Numbered from the stretch's first letter, positions 43,713 to 53,528 are shown. The stretch is DNA of 64,000 nucleotides from Candidatus Latescibacterota bacterium (GCA_965198115.1 OZ240241.1:1344001-1408000), one strand, 5' to 3'. Notes: generated by a model from the sequence alone, not told the origin. Numbers and translations: made by a program.

Positions 43713-45086
43713 GAGCTATAATCAAAAGGTGTGGAAAAAGAGAAAGGGCGACCCTACCCTTCCCGTGAGATAGTTGATTCACACAAAACCGGGTGAGAGG
43801 CCCGGTTGGGAAGGAGGATCGCCGTGAAGGAACATACGCATAGAGCCCCATTGAAGTCCATGCCGACGTGGGAGACGGTTGACGATTGGATCCGTGAAGA
43901 GATCCAGGGCCGGTTCCAGTCCATTCTGGAGGAGGAGGCGACCGCGTTCTTGGGCCGGTCGTGGTATGAGCGCCGAGCCGAGGTCGATAGCTCCACGGGC
44001 TACAGGAACGGCTACGGCAAGCCCCGGCGTCTCTCGACGAGCTGCGGAACGATCAAGGTCCGGCGTCCCCGGGTTCGTGGTCTGGAAGAGCGGTTTGAAA
44101 GCCGCATCCTCCCCCTGTTCGCCCGGAGAACCAGGGCCATTGGAGATCTGCTTCCCGACCTTTATCTCCACGGTCTCTCCCAGGGCGACTTCGAGTTGTC
44201 TTTGCGTGCGCTGCTCGGTGATGGCGCGCCGCTTTCGCCGACCTCGATCGCTCGTCTTCGAGGGAAGTGGGAGGTCGACTTCCAGGACTGGAAAGAAAGG
44301 CGTCTGGATAATCGCGAACTGGTCTACGCCTGGGCTGATGGCATCTACGTCAAAGCCGGGCTCGAGCGCGAGAAGGCGTGTCTGCTGGTCGTGATCGGCG
44401 CGATGAGCGACGGCAGCAAGGAGATCCTGGCGATAGAACCCGGTTATCGAGAGTCTACAGAATCCTGGCTCACGGTGCTCCGGGATCTCCGGGATCGCGG
44501 GCTCGAACATCCTGTCCTGATCGCCGCGGACGGGAATATGGGCATCTGGGCGGCCGTTGATCAGGTCTGGCCAGAGAGCCGGCAACAACGGTGCTGGAAC
44601 CACAAGATCCTCAACGTGCTCGACAAGGTCGCCAAGCGTGCACAGGCTGAAGCCCGCGCACTGCTCGTCCAGATCCCCTATGCCGGCACGAAAAAGGAGG
44701 CCGAGAAGCTCCGGAAACGCTTTGCCGCACGGTATCGCTCACAGTTCCCTGCCGCCGTGGAGACGCTCGAAAGAGACTGGGATCGGATGGTCACGTTCTA
44801 CGACTTCCCGAAGGAACACTGGAAACACCTGAGAACCACGAACGTCGTCGAGAGCCCCTTTGCTTCCGTTCGGCTTCGCACAAACGCCGCCAGGCGATTC
44901 AAGAAAGTCAGGAACGCCACGGCTCTCATCTGGCGTACGCTCAAGGTCGCAGAGAGCCGATTCAGGAAACTCACCGCGCCACACTTGCTACAACAAGTCT
45001 ACGATCAGAAACACTCAACCGAACCGCAGGTCGAAGCCGGGAAGATGGCCGCCTGATTTCTTTTACACACCTATTGACCTGAGCTC
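43713..45086 (+). mobile_element. IS256-family element A, copy 3 (1374 bp)
   Basis: Same IRs; no target duplication (CGAGCAAG vs CTCACCTC). Confidence 0.95.
43824..45056 (+). CDS. IS256-family DDE transposase
   Basis: Near-identical to copy 1. Confidence 0.93.
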   Translation: MKEHTHRAPLKSMPTWETVDDWIREEIQGRFQSILEEEATAFLGRSWYERRAEVDSSTGYRNGYGKPRRLSTSCGTIKVRRPRVRGLEERFESRILPLFARRTRAIGDLLPDLYLHGLSQGDFELSLRALLGDGAPLSPTSIARLRGKWEVDFQDWKERRLDNRELVYAWADGIYVKAGLEREKACLLVVIGAMSDGSKEILAIEPGYRESTESWLTVLRDLRDRGLEHPVLIAADGNMGIWAAVDQVWPESRQQRCWNHKILNVLDKVAKRAQAEARALLVQIPYAGTKKEAEKLRKRFAARYRSQFPAAVETLERDWDRMVTFYDFPKEHWKHLRTTNVVESPFASVRLRTNAARRFKKVRNATALIWRTLKVAESRFRKLTAPHLLQQVYDQKHSTEPQVEAGKMAA

Positions 45087-45353
45087 CTCACCTCACGTAA
45101 AAGATACCACGTGCACTACACACCAACGTATGCCTCCTGGCTAAACCAGGTAGAGATCTGGTTCGGCATCATCACACAAAGAGCAATCCGACGAGGAACC
45201 TTTCGGAACGTCAAGGATCTGATCACCTGCATCCAGAAGTTCACAGACCAATACAATCAGAACTCAAAGCCTTTCGTGTGGACGGCAACCGCTGACTCGA
45301 TCCTCGACAAACTCAACAGACTTCTAAAACTTATTCGCGGGACACGACACTAG
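45087..45353 (+). mobile_element. IS630-family transposase 3' fragment and right end
   Basis: HYTPTYASWLNQVEIWF..I...AIRRGTF...KPFVWTATADSIL; ends GACACGACACTA. Confidence 0.88.
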
Positions 45354-45572
45354 GTGCCTGTCACTCAGGCGATCGCGGCCGGAAGCCGCTCCTACCCGTT
45401 TTCAAGTTTCGTGTCCTGTCTTTCGCGCCTATTCGCGGTTGGAGACCGCCCACCGCGAATCTTCGGGGCGAAGCCGTCGTTTACGTCTACCGTCAACCGT
45501 CCCCAAGGAGGCGAAGCCGCTTTTCCGCCCACAGCCGACTGCCCACGGTTTACTGTCTACCGTCCACCGGTT

Positions 45573-46277
45573 CTATGGTTCCCACGTCAGGCAATTTCGG
45601 AGTATCTGTCGGTACGCCTCCTGCTCGAAGTCCTGCGGCAGATGTCCCGGTTGAAAGTAAAACGTCCATCCCTTCCCCGACGGTTTCACCCAGCCACCCC
45701 GATCCTGCATCACGACTTCGCCATCCTTTGTCGTACACTTCGTACCGAACAGCACGGTTTTCTCGCGCCCATCCGCAAAGTGCTGGTTCTTGAAGAACTC
45801 AGTGCCCGTGAACGTGATCGACGGAAAAGTAACCTTCTTGCTCGGCGCATCAGAAGAGGTGTATTCCGTCGTTGTCGGGTAATCGACACCATTCGTCGAG
45901 ATGTAGTGACGCGGATCCAGACGCACGAGTTCGTGTGTCACGTCGACCATCAGTGTCCACGGATTGACCTCACCGTCCTTCGGTACGATGTGCATCCCTG
46001 CGAATTCGAGCCAATCGGGATTCTTCAATTTCGCCGATGCCATTCCATGGTGCAGGATTACGAGCCGTCCCCCGCTATTGGCGTAGGCAATCATTGCATC
46101 GATCGCATTCTGCTCCACGACCTTGTGCACGTACATGAACACGGCGTAGTAGTTGGATAAATCCGCCTCGACATCCTTATCCTCGGCGGTCGTAACCGCG
46201 TGCCCATCCGCCTCCAGAAACGCCTGCAACGGTTTCATCTGATCCCATTCATCCGCGACGATCAACAGATCAGCCAT
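45573..46277 (-). CDS. ThuA-like (class I glutamine amidotransferase-like) protein
   Basis: YANSGGRLVILHH, GKGWTFYFQPGH, YRQILRNCLTW. Confidence 0.75.
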   Translation of the reverse strand: MADLLIVADEWDQMKPLQAFLEADGHAVTTAEDKDVEADLSNYYAVFMYVHKVVEQNAIDAMIAYANSGGRLVILHHGMASAKLKNPDWLEFAGMHIVPKDGEVNPWTLMVDVTHELVRLDPRHYISTNGVDYPTTTEYTSSDAPSKKVTFPSITFTGTEFFKNQHFADGREKTVLFGTKCTTKDGEVVMQDRGGWVKPSGKGWTFYFQPGHLPQDFEQEAYRQILRNCLTWEP

Positions 46278-46324
46278 GGTCAATCCTTATTCGTCAGGGT
46301 GTGTGCCGCCTCAGCTTTAGTCAT

Positions 46325-46950
46325 GACCTCCGGCAAAGCCGGAGGCTTGAAAACTTGTGAACCGCTCAAAGCGGTTGGAAACCAAGCGCCACCTAAAGGT
46401 GGCGATTACCTGAAAATGTTGAGCTGGTCGAGACTCAGGTCCTCCCGCTCCTGGTTCTGGATATACTCCCGAACCGTCTGTTCATCCTTGCCAACGGTGG
46501 AGACCCAGTAGCCTCTTGCCCAGAAATGCTGCCCGGTGAAGTTCGACCTAACCTACGTCCCAGATAGTTCCGAGCAATGTGAATCGCACTCTTTCCTTTG
46601 ATGAACCCTACCGTCTGAGCTACTGAGTGCTTCGGCGGGATCGAAATCAGCATGTGCACATGGTCGGATCGCAGGTGACCCTCTTCCACGCGGCATTCCT
46701 TCTGTGCGGCCAGATCCCGAATCACCTCGCCCAGATAGCGACGAATTTCACCATACAACACTTTTCTACGATACTTCCGAACCCAAACAACGTCATACTT
46801 GCACTCCCAAACCGTGTGACGTAGACTCCTTACGTTGTTCATTAGAGAGCCTTCCTTCCGTGTGCTTTGAGCGGTCCACGGCAAGGGAGGCTCTTACATA
46901 TTTCTGGAACTGTCAAACTCTGGGAGTCTCCCCGGCAGAGCCGGGGGCTT
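46325..46950 (-). mobile_element. tnpA: IS200-like element; tnpA (46406..46842) frameshifted
   Basis: CKY.VVW..KYRRK, HUH motif DHVH, IKGKS, FWARGY.VSTVG..E..VREYIQNQ; terminal hairpins CCTCCGGCAAAGCCGGAGG and CCCCGGCAGAGCCGGGG; ends approximate. Confidence 0.9.
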
Positions 46951-47036
46951 ACCAAGGTTTAGTTATTTTGTCTCCTGCTGAGGGAAGAACTCGTGAGAGG
47001 ATAGCTGCTTTGAGGTGATCGGAATATCAGTATATA

Positions 47037-48410
47037 GAGCTATAATCAAAAGGTGTGGAAAAAGAGAAAGGGCGACCCTACCCTTCCCGTGAGATAGTTG
47101 ATTCACACAAAACCGGGTGAGAGGCCCGGTTGGGAAGGAGGATCGCCGTGAAGGAACATACGCATAGAGCCCCATTGAAGTCCATGCCGACGTGGGAGAC
47201 GGTTGACGATTGGATCCGTGAAGAGATCCAGGGCCGGTTCCAGTCCATTCTGGAGGAGGAGGCGACCGCGTTCTTGGGCCGGTCGTGGTATGAGCGCCGA
47301 GCCGAGGTCGATAGCTCCACGGGCTACAGGAACGGCTACGGCAAGCCCCGGCGTCTCTCGACGAGCTGCGGAACGATCAAGGTCCGGCGTCCCCGGGTTC
47401 GTGGTCTGGAAGAGCGGTTTGAAAGCCGCATCCTCCCCCTGTTCGCCCGGAGAACCAGGGCCATTGGAGATCTGCTTCCCGACCTTTATCTCCACGGTCT
47501 CTCCCAGGGCGACTTCGAGTTGTCTTTGCGTGCGCTGCTCGGTGATGGCGCGCCGCTTTCGCCGACCTCGATCGCTCGTCTTCGAGGGAAGTGGGAGGTC
47601 GACTTCCAGGACTGGAAAGAAAGGCGTCTGGATAATCGCGAACTGGTCTACGCCTGGGCTGATGGCATCTACGTCAAAGCCGGGCTCGAGCGCGAGAAGG
47701 CGTGTCTGCTGGTCGTGATCGGCGCGATGAGCGACGGCAGCAAGGAGATCCTGGCGATAGAACCCGGTTATCGAGAGTCTACAGAATCCTGGCTCACGGT
47801 GCTCCGGGATCTCCGGGATCGCGGGCTCGAACATCCTGTCCTGATCGCCGCGGACGGGAATATGGGCATCTGGGCGGCCGTTGATCAGGTCTGGCCAGAG
47901 AGCCGGCAACAACGGTGCTGGAACCACAAGATCCTCAACGTGCTCGACAAGGTCGCCAAGCGTGCACAGGCTGAAGCCCGCGCACTGCTCGTCCAGATCC
48001 CCTATGCCGGCACGAAAAAGGAGGCCGAGAAGCTCCGGAAACGCTTTGCCGCACGGTATCGCTCACAGTTCCCTGCCGCCGTGGAGACGCTCGAAAGAGA
48101 CTGGGATCGGATGGTCACGTTCTACGACTTCCCGAAGGAACACTGGAAACACCTGAGAACCACGAACGTCGTCGAGAGCCCCTTTGCTTCCGTTCGGCTT
48201 CGCACAAACGCCGCCAGGCGATTCAAGAAAGTCAGGAACGCCACGACTCTCATCTGGCGTACGCTCAAGGTCGCAGAGAGCCGATTCAGGAAACTCACCG
48301 CGCCACACTTGCTACAACAAGTCTACGATCAGAAACACTCAACCGAACCGCAGGTCGAAGCCGGGAAGATGGCCGCCTGATTTCTTTTACACACCTATTG
48401 ACCTGAACTC
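47037..48410 (+). mobile_element. IS256-family element A, copy 4 (1374 bp)
   Basis: Same IRs; flanks AGTATATA / AGTATATT (7 of 8 match). Confidence 0.95.
47148..48380 (+). CDS. IS256-family DDE transposase
   Basis: Near-identical to copy 1. Confidence 0.93.
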   Translation: MKEHTHRAPLKSMPTWETVDDWIREEIQGRFQSILEEEATAFLGRSWYERRAEVDSSTGYRNGYGKPRRLSTSCGTIKVRRPRVRGLEERFESRILPLFARRTRAIGDLLPDLYLHGLSQGDFELSLRALLGDGAPLSPTSIARLRGKWEVDFQDWKERRLDNRELVYAWADGIYVKAGLEREKACLLVVIGAMSDGSKEILAIEPGYRESTESWLTVLRDLRDRGLEHPVLIAADGNMGIWAAVDQVWPESRQQRCWNHKILNVLDKVAKRAQAEARALLVQIPYAGTKKEAEKLRKRFAARYRSQFPAAVETLERDWDRMVTFYDFPKEHWKHLRTTNVVESPFASVRLRTNAARRFKKVRNATTLIWRTLKVAESRFRKLTAPHLLQQVYDQKHSTEPQVEAGKMAA

Positions 48411-48425
48411 AGTATATTTATTTTA

Positions 48426-49845
48426 GGCTATATCCGGATCTCTCAACGAGATGAAGTGGGTGAAGGTGCCGTGGTTCCTGGCATGGGGGCGCGGTTAGAG
48501 TGTGCGGAACCTCTTCGGAATCTGCTCAGGGATGTTTATGTCTCCGACGGTAAGGAAGATCATATCGTTGAATGCGTCGAGTGTGCGGAATCCGCTGGCT
48601 CGGTTCTTGACGATTTGGACGATTCGGTTGAGGCCTTCGGCGATGGCGTTGGTAAGACGCGTGTTCACGAATGCGAGGACGCCGAAGAAGTGCTGTCGCA
48701 GGGTCCTGACGAACTTTCGCAGGGGTTCAAGTCGACTTCTGAGTGCGGACGTCGTCCAGCATTTCAGGAAGCGTTCGGCAGCCCAGGGCGCTTTGTATTC
48801 CCAGAACTGCTCGAACTCGTCCTTGAGTCTCCAGGCTCTATAGATTCGGTAGTTCGCCTTCTCCAGTGCTTTGAGTGTCCGAGTATCCCCTCTGGAGCGT
48901 GTCGCTGAGTGCCGGTAGAGGAGCCATCGGAGGCCCTTCATGGCTTTGCGCTCATCCGGGGCAGCTTTACGCCACTGGTCCTTACGGACCTCGTCAACGG
49001 CGGCATTGAGAGCCTTGACGATGTGAAAGCGATCGAGGACCAGCTTGGCATTCGGACAGTGTTCCTGGATGGCTCCGATGTAAGCTTCGCTCATGTCGCA
49101 GCAGGCCCACTCGATCTTGGATCTCCGGTAGGGACTGAGAGCCTCTGTGAAGAACCGATCGATCGTTTTACGCGCCCTGCCGCGGCCAACCCACACCACG
49201 CAGGAGCGGTCCAGATCGTAAACGAGCGTGGCGTACCTGTGACGCTTGGCGTAGGAGATCTCGTCGATCCCGATGGTTTTGAGCCCTCGGATACGATGAC
49301 CTTCACGAAGCCGCGTGATGGATCGGTGAAGGAGATCCGACAGCGTCGAGGCAGAGATGCGCAGCAACTCGGACGCCGCCTTCTGCGTCATGGTCTGGCA
49401 GTAGCGCAGCATGGCATACTCGAAGCGATACGTCACCCGAGAGAACCGCTCCGCCCACGGAATCTCCTCGACCACACGACCGTGGGTAGGACACCGAATC
49501 TCCCGAGGATGGTAGAGAAGCCAGACCCTCCACCCGCACACCGGAATGTCACGCCACCGACGCGGATGGGGCATTGTGCGGACGATTTTACCTCGACGGC
49601 CGCACTCCGGACAACAACAACCATTCTTATGTGGCTTTACGGCGATGACGAAACAGCTTCTCCCCTCAAACCACCAGCTGACAACACGGAACCCCTTGAA
49701 TCTCAGCAGTTTCGATAGTAATCTGCTCCCGGTCATAGGTCGCACCCCCTTCGCTTTGATTGTCCTACACACACAACCAAGCGTAGGGAACGATCTATGA
49801 CCTTGTCATTCTATAGTTTCACCGTTGAGAAACCCGGATAGAGCC
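48426..49845 (-). mobile_element. ISL3-family element (1420 bp)
   Basis: Both IRs; 8-bp target duplication TTATTTTA. Confidence 0.96.
48495..49736 (-). CDS. ISL3-family transposase
   Basis: Near-identical to 33661..34902. Confidence 0.93.
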   Translation of the reverse strand: MTGSRLLSKLLRFKGFRVVSWWFEGRSCFVIAVKPHKNGCCCPECGRRGKIVRTMPHPRRWRDIPVCGWRVWLLYHPREIRCPTHGRVVEEIPWAERFSRVTYRFEYAMLRYCQTMTQKAASELLRISASTLSDLLHRSITRLREGHRIRGLKTIGIDEISYAKRHRYATLVYDLDRSCVVWVGRGRARKTIDRFFTEALSPYRRSKIEWACCDMSEAYIGAIQEHCPNAKLVLDRFHIVKALNAAVDEVRKDQWRKAAPDERKAMKGLRWLLYRHSATRSRGDTRTLKALEKANYRIYRAWRLKDEFEQFWEYKAPWAAERFLKCWTTSALRSRLEPLRKFVRTLRQHFFGVLAFVNTRLTNAIAEGLNRIVQIVKNRASGFRTLDAFNDMIFLTVGDINIPEQIPKRFRTL

Positions 49846-50210
49846 TTATTTTATGTGAAGGGCCGACAATACAAGGACGCCGACTAGAGACGGCGTTGTA
49901 GCAAAGGGGCTCCCCGAATTCAGTAACAACCTTCAGAGATAAGTGCTCCGGAGGACGGTGCAGTAGATCTGCGAGTAGTAAGGCAGAACGGCAAGCCTCG
50001 CACAGCAGATCATTCGGACGACACTGTGAGAGTCAGGAATTTCAATGGTAACGAGGTCCTTGATCTGATCAAAGCTCCGTCATTTGGCACCCATCGATCT
50101 CAAAGAGGAATAGTAACGAACATCAAGATCATCGGCTCTGAGGAGTCGATCGACATGTCTGTGATTTAGGGTAACGAGGATCGATTTATCCCGCGCCCGG
50201 ATTTCAGGTT

Positions 50211-51598
50211 GGTCAAGTCCCATAGTCAGTTGAAAACTCATCGGGCCCCGTAGTTTGGTCAGGCTCTCTTTTGAGCATTCTGTTCGTTGTCGAGATTCAG
50301 ATCTTTGTTCAGTGCTTGCCTGAGTAGGGGAAGATGTTTGTATCCGCTCACGCGTCGCAGGCGAGGTTCGATGTCGAGGAGTGCGGCAGCCACCCATCTG
50401 TGTCTCTGGGGAGAGTTGTTCCAGCGTCTGACCTTCCGAGTGAGCTCGCCGGTCCTGCTGTTGAGGGCTTCGATGCAGTTGGTGGTTCGGAAGCTTCGTT
50501 TCAGGAATGGGAGCATACCCAGCCGGTGGAGGGTCAGGGTTTCCTCCAGGCCTTCCTCGAGGCTCGTTACGGCAGACTGATTCATCAGCTTCAGTTCGGG
50601 TTTAAGTGATTCGAGTGCGGCCTTTGCCTCCTCGTAGGTGTCGCAGTCATAGGCTTTCTGGAGCTTCCGTCGAACTCTTGGACGTTCCCTCTCCGGGAGA
50701 TAGCTGACGACATTCTCGCGCTTGTGCCACTGACAGCGATGCACGCGCACATACCCTTTGAGGGCTTTGGTGACAGCACTGCGGAGTCCCTTTGAGCCGT
50801 CAAGCACAACGAGAAGGCCCTGGTCGTAGCACAGGCCTCTCCGGATGAGGTCCTGGATCAGCTGGCGGCAGATCCGTTCGTTCTCCGTCGCCGATTCGAC
50901 GAAGCCCAGGGGGATCTTCTGGCCGTCCATCGTGACCCCCGGAGCGATCACGATCTCTTCGTCGGCAAAGCTCTTTCCGTCAATGAACAGGGTCACGAAG
51001 CCGTAGTCGTCGAGGGGACGCTCCTGGAACTGCTTCAGCTTCTTCGCGGTGGCTTTGATGAACCGCCGCGAGACGGAGGACGCTGAGATACCAAACGCTT
51101 CTGGAACCGATTCGGCACAGGCCTTGTAGTTGCGGCACGAGATCCCCTTGAGAACACGAAGCAACAGCCCCTCGTCCGTCTTCTTGGGCGTCTGTAGAGC
51201 CCGGTATGCAGCCAGGGAAACCTCTGCGTCGGCCTCGACGTCGCGCACCCGGGGAACGTCTAACGGGAGCTTCTGGTCCATCAGATACACGGATCCCTTC
51301 TGGCTTCCCCACCGACGATGCGCCTGCTCCGAACCTTTGCGCGCATACCGAACGCCTGCGAGCTGCTCGACCTCCTGCTGGAGGAGGTCTGCCACTGCCT
51401 CCAGACCCAACGGGATCAACGCCTGGATCACCGACAAACGCGTCTCCAAATCGATGACATCGCCCTCAACCTTGACTTCACCATCGCCTGCAAATAGCTT
51501 CTCCATCTGGGCTCCTTTCTTACGGGTATACGCTCCTACACGTCTACCCAACGTAAGTTTGGAGCCCTCTAAGTTTCAACTACGATAGGCACAACACC
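50211..51598 (-). mobile_element. IS256-family element B (1388 bp)
   Basis: Imperfect IRs GGTCAAGTCCCATAGTCAGTTGAAA / GGTGTTGTGCCTATCGTAGTTGAAA; 9-bp target duplication TTTCAGGTT. Confidence 0.9.
50259..51506 (-). CDS. IS256-family DDE transposase (type B)
   Basis: FIDG, VLDGSKGL, RCQWHK, RTTNCIE; ATG after AAAGGAG. Confidence 0.9.
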   Translation of the reverse strand: MEKLFAGDGEVKVEGDVIDLETRLSVIQALIPLGLEAVADLLQQEVEQLAGVRYARKGSEQAHRRWGSQKGSVYLMDQKLPLDVPRVRDVEADAEVSLAAYRALQTPKKTDEGLLLRVLKGISCRNYKACAESVPEAFGISASSVSRRFIKATAKKLKQFQERPLDDYGFVTLFIDGKSFADEEIVIAPGVTMDGQKIPLGFVESATENERICRQLIQDLIRRGLCYDQGLLVVLDGSKGLRSAVTKALKGYVRVHRCQWHKRENVVSYLPERERPRVRRKLQKAYDCDTYEEAKAALESLKPELKLMNQSAVTSLEEGLEETLTLHRLGMLPFLKRSFRTTNCIEALNSRTGELTRKVRRWNNSPQRHRWVAAALLDIEPRLRRVSGYKHLPLLRQALNKDLNLDNEQNAQKRA

Positions 51599-51746
51599 TT
51601 TCAGGTTTGGGGTCCCCAAGACGACCCTTTCTTGGCGTTCGGGCTTTTTGTCTTGAGGGATTGATGAGACCGAGCGTTTTTAGTCAGTTCGCAATCTTCG
51701 CCAGACGGTGCACCGAGTTAACGATTACTCATGAGGAGGAATAGGC

Positions 51747-52412
51747 ATGGAAGCGATAAGAGAAGCAGTCGTGCAATCATACCAGTCATTTTTCACACAG
51801 TTATCTGCTTTTCTGCCCAAGCTGATCGGATGTGTCCTGATTCTGATCTTCGGGTGGATTATCGCCAAGATCATCCGTGCGATTTCCGTGAGATTGCTCG
51901 CCGTTGTACGTCTGCCCGTCCTAACCGAAAAGGCCAAGATCGATCAGTTCTTGAGCGAAGGGGGAATCAAGCAATCGGCCATCGAAATTATTGGAACCCT
52001 TTTTTACTGGCTCATCATGCTGATCGTCATTGTGGCTGCATTAAACAGCCTGGGTCTGCGTGTGGCGTATGAACTCTTTAACCAGGTTATCTTGTTCATA
52101 CCGAACATCATCGTGTCGATCTTTGTGCTCATCCTTGGCCTCTTCCTTGCCAACTTCACCAGTCAGGTTGTTGTCACCTATTCCAGGAACGTTGGCATAC
52201 AGAATGCCGACACGATGGGTAAAATCGCGCAATACGCGATTGTTATCTTTGTCGTCTCCATTGCTTTGACGCAGATGAATATCGGTGAAGAAATTATAGC
52301 CAACTTGATTCTTGTCCTGTTCGGAGCCGTCTGTTTGACGTTGGCTCTCGCATTCGGACTCGGCGGTCGTGATTGGGCGTCGGGTGTGATCGAAAAATTT
52401 TGGGAGGAATGA
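51747..52412 (+). CDS. CmpX-like TM-helix repeat membrane protein (mechanosensitive-channel associated)
   Basis: FLPKLIG..LILIFGWIIAK, FIPNIIV, ALAFGLGGRD; RBS GAGGAG. Confidence 0.85.
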   Translation: MEAIREAVVQSYQSFFTQLSAFLPKLIGCVLILIFGWIIAKIIRAISVRLLAVVRLPVLTEKAKIDQFLSEGGIKQSAIEIIGTLFYWLIMLIVIVAALNSLGLRVAYELFNQVILFIPNIIVSIFVLILGLFLANFTSQVVVTYSRNVGIQNADTMGKIAQYAIVIFVVSIALTQMNIGEEIIANLILVLFGAVCLTLALAFGLGGRDWASGVIEKFWEE

Positions 52413-52466
52413 AGCAACTGTTTGTCGGGAATATAGATTAGAATCTTCCCACTATCAGACGGAGCT

Positions 52467-52900
52467 ATGCTACTGAACTACCTGGCAGTCGGTTGGCGAG
52501 GTCTCGGGCGAGAAAAGTTGTTCGCATGCATTAGCGTGGTGGGACTTGGTCTTGGGTTAGCGTGCTGCATTCTGATGGGTCTCTTTAGTTGTCCACGAGT
52601 GGAGCTTTGATCGGTTTCACGAGCATCGAGAAGATCTGTATCGGGTCATCCGAAGAGAGGTGCGTTCAGATGGGCGCGTTGAATTCCAACCCCTTCAGGA
52701 CATGGACCTTGCTCCCAGACTGATTAAGGAGTTGCCGGAAGTCATAGAGGCGGCCCGGATGATCAGATCAGGGGCTTTGATATCGAAGGACGATAGGTTA
52801 TTCGAAGAGCAGGTTCTCCTTGCCGATGCATCCGCTTTGAGGATGTTCACGTTTCCTCTGCTGGCGGGCGGAGGCTTATCGGACCAGGCAAGCGGAGTAC
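52467..52900 (+). pseudogene. MacB/FtsX-like ABC permease, 5' fragment
   Basis: MLLNYL.VGWR.L.REKLF..ISVVGL.LGLACCIL / HEWSFDRFH...LYRV...LPEV..AAR...MFTFPLL.G; frameshift near 52590. Confidence 0.75.
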
Positions 52901-52907
52901 TTCTGGT

Positions 52908-53177
52908 TGTAACCTCAAGACGGCAGGCGTGCAGCAGGCACACAGGGAGGACCGGATCACCTTCACGACGCTCACGCCGTGGCCCGGGGACATGGTGTGT
53001 GCAGGAGGGCGATATCTCGAAGGCGAAGGGGAGAAACGCGCAGCCATTTCCATCGGCCCCGAGTTTGGCACCGTTCAGCGCGTGGACCTCGTTTCTGCCG
53101 CCCGCGAGGCGGGCGATGCCGGCTTCGATGTGCTGATCACGTGCGCGTTCAACTACGAGGCGCACGCGACGGAGTTC
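52908..53177 (+). pseudogene. Site-specific DNA methyltransferase (type III-like Mod) internal fragment
   Basis: NLKTAGVQQAHREDRI.F..LTPWPG...IGPEFGTV...LV.AAREA.DAGFDVLI.CAFNY, recognised from memory of this family. Confidence 0.65.
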
Positions 53178-53355
53178 GTGGGGGAGGGCGAACTGACCAG
53201 GCCCCTCGCCTTCTTCACCCCAGGAAAGTTCTAACTCGCCGTCTGCCGAGAAGCGATGAACTCTGTGCTGACCGTAGCCATCGGATACGAAGACCTGCCC
53301 GGATGCGGCCGCCATCGCCTTCGTCGGCCGATTGAAGGGCTGGCCCGGAACGCGT
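53172..53355 (-). pseudogene. NHL-repeat (peptidylamidoglycolate lyase-like) internal fragment
   Basis: PFNRPT...VFVSDGYG.HRVHRFSADG.LELSWGE.G.GPGQF.LPH. Confidence 0.75.
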
Positions 53356-53528
53356 AACACATCTTGTCTTGGGGGTTATTGACCACACTCCGATTGCTGT
53401 TACCAGGTCGTCCTATTTCTTCGTAACTAAGGTCCCCAAGACGATCCTTTCCTGGAGTTCGGGCTTTGTCAGTGGCAGGGCTACTGATCGGTAAGGACTT
53501 TGAGGCTCTCAACTTAAGACCATGTGGC

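Noticed and set aside
46325-47036. IS605/TnpB RNA-guided system
   Set aside because: Only tnpA lies between the two hairpin ends; there is no room for, or trace of, tnpB.
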